From contig JBILLK010000022.1 in assembly GCA_044376115.1 (NCBI GenBank), positions 96,001 to 160,000 of the forward strand: a DNA stretch of 64,000 bases. Direction: 5' to 3'. This document shows, piece after piece, positions 57,423 through 64,000 of this stretch. Source of the stretch: Polyangiaceae bacterium (GTDB lineage Bacteria; Myxococcota_A; Polyangia; Polyangiales; Polyangiaceae). A program made the position numbers and the translations under genes. Every line of letters begins with the position of its first letter. Position 1 is the stretch's first letter. The notes beneath the pieces were generated by a model. It was not told where the DNA came from and did no database searches. It saw only the letters and a list, made by a program, of their open reading frames with translations.

Positions 57423-58814
57423 ATGGCACAGATCACAGCGATCATCTTGGCGGCTGGGCAAGGCACACGAATGAAGAGCACGCGGGCCAAGGTCCTGTTC
57501 GAGCTCTGTGGGCGAACCATGGTGAGCCACGTGCTCGAGGCCACCTTCTCTGCCGGGGTCAATGACGCCGTGGTCGTGGTCGGTCATCAGGCCGACTCGG
57601 TGAAGGCTGCGCTCGCGGCCTACGAGGGGCGCGTACGCACGGCGCTTCAGGCGGAGCAAAAGGGCACGGGACACGCGGTGGTTTGCGCGCTCGGTGAGTT
57701 GCCCGAAGGCTCGGAGATCGCCCTCGTTCTGTGCGGTGATACGCCGCTCTTGCGCGGCGAAGACCTGGCTAAGTTGATCGCCGGGCTGAACGCGCACCCG
57801 GAGGCGCAATTGTCGATGTTGACCTGCCAAGTGGAAGACCCCACCGGCTACGGCCGCATCGTGCGCAACGCAGATGGGGCCATCACGGCGATCGTCGAGC
57901 ACCGCGACGCCGACGAGACCATCCGCGCGGTTCGCGAGATCAACCCCGCCATGTACGCTGTGCGCGTGCCCTTCCTCAAAGCAGCGCTGGGCGCGCTCAA
58001 GCCCAACAACGCCCAAGGCGAGTACTACTTTACCGACGTCGTTGCGATCGCGGCGAAGGAACGCGGCGTCGTCGGCGTCACGAGCAACGATCCGACTTCG
58101 CTCGGTGGCATCAACGATCGCGTGCAATTGGAAGTCGCCGAGCGCGAGCTCTATCAGCGCATCGCCGACCGTTTTCGGCGCGAAGGCGTCAGCGTCCGCG
58201 GCAACGCGCGCATCGACGCCAGCGTTCGCATCGAGCCGGAGGCCGTGATTGAAGATGCCGTCGTGCTGCGCGGCCAAACCACGGTCGGAGCGGGCGCCAT
58301 GATCGACGTGGGCTCGGTGCTGACCAACGTCAGCGTAGCCGCCGGAGCGAAGCTGAAGCCGTACACGGTGGCCACCCAATCGACGATCGGCGAGCGCGCC
58401 GAGATCGGCCCGTTCTCGCATTTGCGCCCAGACAGCGTGATCGGGGAGACGGCGCACGTAGGCAACTTCGTTGAAACCAAGAAGACCACCTTGCACAAGG
58501 GCGCCAAGGCGAACCACCTGGCGTACCTCGGCGACGGTGAGATCGGCGAGGGCGCCAACGTCGGAGCCGGTACCATTTTCTGCAACTACGACGGCTTCAA
58601 GAAGCACAAGACCGACATCGGCAAAGGCGCCTTCATCGGCAGTGATTCACAGCTGGTTGCCCCGATCCGCATCGGAGACAACGCCTACGTGGCGACCGGA
58701 ACTACCGTAACCCGCGATGTCCCCGACGGCGCCCTGGCGATCTCCCGCGTCAAGCAGGAGAACAAAGAAGGCTATGCCGAGCGACTCAAAGCGAGACTAA
58801 AGTCGAGGACCTGA
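57423..58814 (+). CDS. glmU: Bifunctional UDP-GlcNAc pyrophosphorylase / glucosamine-1-phosphate N-acetyltransferase
   Basis: ILAAGQGTRMKS, GTGHAV, GYGRIVR, EYYFTD, GNFVETK, HLAYLGD, NYDG. Confidence 0.97.
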   Translation: MAQITAIILAAGQGTRMKSTRAKVLFELCGRTMVSHVLEATFSAGVNDAVVVVGHQADSVKAALAAYEGRVRTALQAEQKGTGHAVVCALGELPEGSEIALVLCGDTPLLRGEDLAKLIAGLNAHPEAQLSMLTCQVEDPTGYGRIVRNADGAITAIVEHRDADETIRAVREINPAMYAVRVPFLKAALGALKPNNAQGEYYFTDVVAIAAKERGVVGVTSNDPTSLGGINDRVQLEVAERELYQRIADRFRREGVSVRGNARIDASVRIEPEAVIEDAVVLRGQTTVGAGAMIDVGSVLTNVSVAAGAKLKPYTVATQSTIGERAEIGPFSHLRPDSVIGETAHVGNFVETKKTTLHKGAKANHLAYLGDGEIGEGANVGAGTIFCNYDGFKKHKTDIGKGAFIGSDSQLVAPIRIGDNAYVATGTTVTRDVPDGALAISRVKQENKEGYAERLKARLKSRT

Positions 58815-59335
58815 TGAGGCGCTGCTCGTTTCTCGTTCCGTTGCTGTTGACCAGCCTCGCTAGCGGCTGCAACAAGGTCACGCCCACGCCCGTGGGCACG
58901 TCGGTCATCTCGTGGGACGTCGACAAACCGCGCAAGGACGAGCTGGCCAAGGCGAAGATCGGCGAACGCAGCAAAAAGAAGTTCGTCGTGTTGATGCGCC
59001 CGCCGGGCGACGCGCCGGCCGTGGAATTCGCGCTCGACATCGAGGTCGCGCCCTTCGACTTGGTCACCCGCACCGAAGCGCACTACCTCAAGACGCCTGC
59101 GTCGGTCGCAGTGGAGGTCACCAAGAACGAGCGTTGGGTGGCCACCGGCAAGTGCGATGCGGAGGGTGTTGCGATGCCCACCGCCCCGCCTCCTGCGCCC
59201 CTCACCCTCTCCTGCTCGCTGGCCCTCACCGGCGCGAAGCAGGAGGCTTACGGCACGTTCCTGGTGATCAAAGGGGACGGCACGGTGGACTTCAACGGCA
59301 ACTACGACACCACCGTACTGATCTCCGCGAAGTAG
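58814..59335 (+). CDS. Hypothetical lipoprotein
   Basis: LASGC lipobox; 1-nt overlap with the glmU stop. Confidence 0.65.
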   Translation: MRRCSFLVPLLLTSLASGCNKVTPTPVGTSVISWDVDKPRKDELAKAKIGERSKKKFVVLMRPPGDAPAVEFALDIEVAPFDLVTRTEAHYLKTPASVAVEVTKNERWVATGKCDAEGVAMPTAPPPAPLTLSCSLALTGAKQEAYGTFLVIKGDGTVDFNGNYDTTVLISAK

Positions 59336-59375
59336 CGTGACCGCGGGGCGAGGACGAGGCCCGCGGGCACTGCAC

Positions 59376-60938
59376 TCAGCCGATCACGTCGGAGTGGCGC
59401 TTCTCAGCGACCCGCAAGTTGAGCGTCGTGCGGCCGTAGCTCGGCAGCTGCACAGACCACGAAATGAAGCCGTTGGCGTCGGGCTGCTTGGCTTCGGTCG
59501 TCTCCTCCGCGACCACCGAGAACTTGAGCTTCTCGATCTCCGAGACCGGCACACGCTCCTCCACGGTCAGCGCGATCGCTGAAGCGCCGAGGTTGGACAG
59601 CTTGATGCGCACGTCGTGAATGCGCGTGGTCCATGAGCTGAGCAGGGCGGTCTTGTCGGGCCGCGGGATGAGCTCGCGCTGCACCTGAAGATTCGGATCG
59701 GGGCCGAAGCCCAGCGTCATCGGCTCTTGCACCGCAACGAAGTCGATGGTTGTCGTGCCGATGATCTCCCCTTCGCGGAGCAGCTCGACCGGACCGGGCA
59801 ATAGCGGATGAGGCGCGCTATTGCGAAACTTCGCCCGCAGCGAAGAGAACAGCGAGAGCTCCGGCTGCACGACCAGATCCACGGTGCACTCGGGCGCTTG
59901 GCTGAACAACTCGAGATGTTGCGGACGCCCAGTACTCGGTACGCTCACGCGACCATTGCTGGTGAGCGAAATGGGTCGACCGCCGTCGTCGATGCCCGGG
60001 ACTTGCGTGCTCTGTACGCGTCGTTCGACGCCCTCGGGACCCAACGTATCAACGCTCTCTTCGCGCGCCTCAACCACCAGCGCGCCGCGCCGTTGCACGT
60101 ACAGAACGTCGGCGCTCAACGGCGGTGGTGCCCCACCCAAAGACGGCCGTTCGCTCGAGAAGGTCAACACCACGTCGGACCAGGCTTCTCCGGTGTTTTG
60201 CCAAACCGTGGCCAACGCCTCCACGCTCAAACAGCCGCCTGCGAGTTCAGCGCGGTAACGCGGCCGCCAAGCCACGTTGGGCACGACGTAACGCAAGAGC
60301 CCCTCGAAGGTGCGCGGCTTGCCGCCCGTCTCGGCCTTGACCGTCAATCGCAAGGTCGCGCTCTCCCGCGCGGCCGGGGCTTGCGCACGTAGCGTTCGCG
60401 CTTGCTCCAGCGCGGCCTCAGCGACCGCGAGCTCACTCTCGAGTTGTGCGAGCTCGCGAGCGGCCGCACGCAGCTCGCCGATCAGCTCCTCGACCGACTT
60501 CGGATCGGCGTCGACCCCGCGAGCGGCGTCTTGCGCGACTTCGTCCCAATGCAGCGCTTGCAGCGTCCGCAAGCGAGCGAGCTGGGCCGCCTGTTGTTCG
60601 CGTTTGAAGCGCAACAGCAGCACCTTCGACTGCGCGTTCATGAGCCCCAGTTCGCCCTCGCGCTGCTCTCCCGGCAGCTCGCTCTCGCCGTTCCGTTGTT
60701 CACGTTTGATCGCACAATCGAGGGCCCGCGCCCCGGGTTCGGTGAAGGAGAGCGAGAGCGTCTTGTCGACCAATAGCGGTGACACCTCGGTCACCAGCAG
60801 CTCCGCCTCGCCGGCCAGCTCGACGGTGAAGCGGCGCGTGACGAGGGCGCGGTCTTCGAGCACCGTCACCTCGGTGACGGGAGCCTCGACGTTAATCGCT
60901 TGGACTGGCTGCAAACTTTGAGCGCGGTACATGGTCAC
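59376..60938 (-). CDS. DUF4140/DUF4139 (mucoidy inhibitor MuiA-like) protein
   Basis: VTEVTVLEDRALVTR, coiled coil, WRPRYRA, QNTGEAW, VEERVPVS; GTGA overlap. Confidence 0.85.
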   Translation of the reverse strand: MTMYRAQSLQPVQAINVEAPVTEVTVLEDRALVTRRFTVELAGEAELLVTEVSPLLVDKTLSLSFTEPGARALDCAIKREQRNGESELPGEQREGELGLMNAQSKVLLLRFKREQQAAQLARLRTLQALHWDEVAQDAARGVDADPKSVEELIGELRAAARELAQLESELAVAEAALEQARTLRAQAPAARESATLRLTVKAETGGKPRTFEGLLRYVVPNVAWRPRYRAELAGGCLSVEALATVWQNTGEAWSDVVLTFSSERPSLGGAPPPLSADVLYVQRRGALVVEAREESVDTLGPEGVERRVQSTQVPGIDDGGRPISLTSNGRVSVPSTGRPQHLELFSQAPECTVDLVVQPELSLFSSLRAKFRNSAPHPLLPGPVELLREGEIIGTTTIDFVAVQEPMTLGFGPDPNLQVQRELIPRPDKTALLSSWTTRIHDVRIKLSNLGASAIALTVEERVPVSEIEKLKFSVVAEETTEAKQPDANGFISWSVQLPSYGRTTLNLRVAEKRHSDVIG

Positions 60939-63061
60939 TCCCGGCGATTGCCCGACACAAGCTCGAGCTTGGACGGGATGCGGATGGTGTAGTTGGCCCG
61001 CAACTCGGCGCGGGCTGCGGGCGCGAGCTCGAGACGCCAAGCGTAGCCACCGCGAACTTCGCTCTCGCGGCTATGCGCACGGAGCGGCGTCCAGGCGGGC
61101 TTCACCTCTCCAACGTCCACTCGGATTTGTTCTTCCTTCTCGAACGGCACCGGGACTCGTTCGCGCACCTCGAGCGTGCACGGCTGCGGCAAGTGGTTCT
61201 CGAGCTCGATCTTGATCTCGTGCGACAACACCGCCGTGCCACCGATCAGCCCTTCACTCGATTCAGCGAAGCGGGTGTTTCGAACCACGCGAATGGCCTG
61301 CTCGACCCCGACCCCAACGTGCAGTTCGCCACGCGGTGGGACGGTCTCGATCTCGGTCGTTAGCAGGTAGTCCCAAGCGCCGGAGCCTGTGTACACATCA
61401 CAGGGGCCGGCCAAGAGCGGGAAGTCGAACGGGTTCATCAGCTCGACACGGCGGAAGACATCGGTCGACTCGCGCGGCACCACGACGAACACGGTGCGAC
61501 ACGACCCCTCGGCCTGCAGTAGCGGCACCGAATGAAAACCGTCGTCACTCGGCACGCTGACCCGCGCTTCGCTCACGAGGCGGTGGTGAAAGCCCTGCTC
61601 CGCCTCTGGCGGGCGACAATGCGGGGCCGAGCGAGAATCAAGGTCGGACTGCTCGCGCCCCAGAGCAGCCTTGAGCGCCGCTTGCTGATCCAACGTCGGG
61701 TCCGCGATCTCCGCGAACAGCTCAGCGCGGCTTAGCAGCGCCAAACGGCCACGCTGCGCGCTCGGCAGCGGCATGCGCAACTCGTCGTAGGCGAGCAGTC
61801 GCGGGTCCACGACCTCGACCACCGTCTCGGGTAGCGAGGGTGCCTCTGGGCCACCGCCGTAGCCCTCAACATCACGTTCCTTCAGCATTCCGCTGGGTAA
61901 GCTCCGCGAGGGAGCATCGGCCCTCATTCGCCGCTTGGCCGGAGGCGGAGCTCCCATTCCTTGAGGCGCAAAGGCCGGCGCCGCGTAGGCGGCAGGCGCC
62001 GAAGCGCGCACCGCAAAGCCCGGCTGCGAGAATGACGCCATTGACGGCGCCATCGACGGCGCGGCTCCAAGCATGTCGGAGAGATACCCAGCCTCCTCCG
62101 CCTCGGCCTCCGGTTCCGGCTCGGGCGGTGGTGGTGGTGGCGGCGGTGGCACAGGAGCGGCTGCACCGGCGGCTTGCTTGAAGCGCGCATAGTCGGCGAA
62201 GAGCTCGCTCGGATCCGCGGGAGCCCGCTTGATCGCACCTTCGCTCGCTTGGCGTCGTCCCACGCGCAAGCTGGTGAGCGCGCGCAACGGATGAAAGCCG
62301 CCAACATCTGCCGTCGAGACCGTCAGCGCGACGCTCGACCAATCCTCCCCGCTCGATTGGCGCACCATCGCGCGATGCTCGAGCGAGGCTCGTGACCGCG
62401 CGGGATCGACGCGTAGCGTGTAACAAGGGGCCCAGCCCGCCTGTTTGACGAAGTAGCTCAAGCTGAGCTCGCACTCGCTCGGCAACTCGGTGCTGCGCGC
62501 ACGCAGGGTCACCTGTGCAACCTTGCACAGCTGGGCGAGCGCCTTGTGCTGCTTTTGTTGCAACGCGAACAGCACCGTTCGCGCTCGCGCACGTTCTCGC
62601 TGGAGCCGCGTGCGCTCGCTATAAAGCTCCTGCGCGTGCTCGGCCGAGAAGCGCGCCAGCGCCAATCGTGCGCCCACCTGCGTCGGCTTCGGCTCGTGAA
62701 GCGATGAGCCGTTTCGGGCGGAGAAGCGCAGGTTCGAGAGCAGCGTCGTGCTTCGCTCTAGCTCCGCGAGGTCGGCCTCGATCACGGCGAGCGCTCGCTT
62801 CGCGTCATCGATCGCCTGCGCCGAGGCCTCATCGGCCTGATTGTTCGTTGCCGGCTCGATGCTGACGCGCACCGAGGAGACGAAGAATCCCGCGGCTGGA
62901 CGCACACGCACGCTACGGTCCAGCAGGCCGAGCGGCAGGCCTGTCAAACGGAGCACGCTCTCCTGGCGCGGCTCGCTCAGCAGCGCTTGCCGCTCCACCG
63001 TCGCGCCTCGTCGAAAGACGTGCACCGCGCTGATACGCGAATCCAACGTTTGAGCGCTCAT
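60935..63061 (-). CDS. DUF4140/DUF4139 protein
   Basis: ISAVHVFRRGATVER, WAPCYTL, QSSGEDWSSV, EVRERVPV; ATGA overlap. Confidence 0.85.
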   Translation of the reverse strand: MSAQTLDSRISAVHVFRRGATVERQALLSEPRQESVLRLTGLPLGLLDRSVRVRPAAGFFVSSVRVSIEPATNNQADEASAQAIDDAKRALAVIEADLAELERSTTLLSNLRFSARNGSSLHEPKPTQVGARLALARFSAEHAQELYSERTRLQRERARARTVLFALQQKQHKALAQLCKVAQVTLRARSTELPSECELSLSYFVKQAGWAPCYTLRVDPARSRASLEHRAMVRQSSGEDWSSVALTVSTADVGGFHPLRALTSLRVGRRQASEGAIKRAPADPSELFADYARFKQAAGAAAPVPPPPPPPPPEPEPEAEAEEAGYLSDMLGAAPSMAPSMASFSQPGFAVRASAPAAYAAPAFAPQGMGAPPPAKRRMRADAPSRSLPSGMLKERDVEGYGGGPEAPSLPETVVEVVDPRLLAYDELRMPLPSAQRGRLALLSRAELFAEIADPTLDQQAALKAALGREQSDLDSRSAPHCRPPEAEQGFHHRLVSEARVSVPSDDGFHSVPLLQAEGSCRTVFVVVPRESTDVFRRVELMNPFDFPLLAGPCDVYTGSGAWDYLLTTEIETVPPRGELHVGVGVEQAIRVVRNTRFAESSEGLIGGTAVLSHEIKIELENHLPQPCTLEVRERVPVPFEKEEQIRVDVGEVKPAWTPLRAHSRESEVRGGYAWRLELAPAARAELRANYTIRIPSKLELVSGNRRE

Positions 63062-64000
63062 GATGCGCGAGCCGCCTTGTTCGACCCAAGCCAGGGATAA
63101 CGCTTGGCGATCGAGTCCAGATCGATCTCTTGAAGGAACGATGAGAAGGCGAAATGCAGCACGAGATCCTCCCAAGCACGCAACCACGTGGGCACAAACT
63201 TTGGCGCTACGACGAGGCCATCCTCACGCAACGAAAGCAGCGCCGGTAGCTCCTCGAGCGCCAGCCGCCCGCACACGAGCACCTCGGGAAACGACCGGTC
63301 GCGCGCGCGAATTCCCAAGCGGAGCACGTTGTAAACCTCGGCAAACCCGGCCAAGTAACAAGCGTCTTTGGTGAAGACCGAGCCCCCGCTGACGACCCCA
63401 CCGCGGAAGACGCGCGCGACGTCCATGAAGGCGGCTCTCGGCTCGACATCACGCTCGAGCAAGTAACGGTAGAGATCGAGAAAGTCCGCGCCTTGTTCGG
63501 CCTTGGCCACCAAGCGTACGCGTTCGATCAAACGACGCAGTCGTTCGATCGTCAGGGCCTTCGAGTACATTTCGCTGAACACCGCCAACCCTTCTTGCGT
63601 CCGCGTGGTGAGCGGGCCCCCCGAGTCGAGAAAATGCAGCGGCTGGTTGTCACCGTTCTGCGCAGTGAAGATGTGGGTCTCGACCTCGTGGTGGTAGAGC
63701 GAGCGCGCCTCCTCGGCGGAGAAGGTCGCGCCCTCACGGATGCGCAAGCGACGTTTGCCGGCGGTGACTTTGACCAAAAGCTCGTCGTCGATCACGATCT
63801 CGAGCTTGGGTCGAGGACTGCGTGCCGCTAGCCGCTGCTCGATGAAGGCCTTGAATTCGTGCGCATCGAGCGCCGATTCGCGTTCAGCATCGGCATTACC
63901 TTCGGCGTGTTCGATGCGTTCGGCGAGATGGTTGGCGAACTCGAGGTTGGTGGTGTCGTGGTCGAGCCAGGTCGAGCGGGCGCCGCCAAAGGCTTCCGCC
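63058..64000 (-). CDS. QEGLA-motif (DUF1704) zinc metallopeptidase, 5' end outside window
   Basis: HHEVETH (HExxxH) and TQEGLA motifs, FTKD..YL. Confidence 0.85.
   Translation of the reverse strand, partial: AEAFGGARSTWLDHDTTNLEFANHLAERIEHAEGNADAERESALDAHEFKAFIEQRLAARSPRPKLEIVIDDELLVKVTAGKRRLRIREGATFSAEEARSLYHHEVETHIFTAQNGDNQPLHFLDSGGPLTTRTQEGLAVFSEMYSKALTIERLRRLIERVRLVAKAEQGADFLDLYRYLLERDVEPRAAFMDVARVFRGGVVSGGSVFTKDACYLAGFAEVYNVLRLGIRARDRSFPEVLVCGRLALEELPALLSLREDGLVVAPKFVPTWLRAWEDLVLHFAFSSFLQEIDLDSIAKRYPWLGSNKAARAS

Noticed and set aside
57273..58607. 444-aa minus-strand ORF
   Set aside because: Antisense shadow of glmU

Overview
GC-rich, gene-dense bacterial chromosomal window. The gene content (Hanks-type Ser/Thr kinases, many Gly/Cys-rich lipoproteins, TPR/PEGA proteins) suggests a myxobacterium (inference). 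The left end (~0.4-8.7 kb) looks like a conflict/defence island: a translationally coupled MoxR-bpX5-vWA-bpX6 ternary system, then a PD-(D/E)XK-like nuclease and a DEDDh exonuclease-TerB-BRCT protein with apparently broken catalytic motifs. The middle is accessory: a linalool dehydratase-like gene, an orphan fused TssB/TssC sheath-like gene, a PAAKK histone-like protein, a kinase plus PYP-V4R pair, Csp1, SRAP, a 21-bp tandem array next to a 37-bp inverted repeat, GST, and an MNIO (DUF692)/DUF2063 cluster whose bufferin-like precursor is a lipoprotein fused to a c-type cytochrome (top candidate for a new system). It continues with tRNA-Pro(GGG), MepA-LysM, a Cys/Asp-repeat surface lipoprotein, an alpha-carbonic anhydrase with a His-to-Gln Zn-ligand change, and a radical SAM/SPASM enzyme with a C-terminal RYG lipoprotein partner (splicease-like). 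The right end holds a GcvT-family oxidoreductase, a kinase/TPR/OM-barrel operon, selB, BCP, FadL plus a giant lipoprotein, glmU, and a QEGLA-peptidase plus 2x DUF4139 operon. All family calls are from motif recognition by eye; no database search was run.
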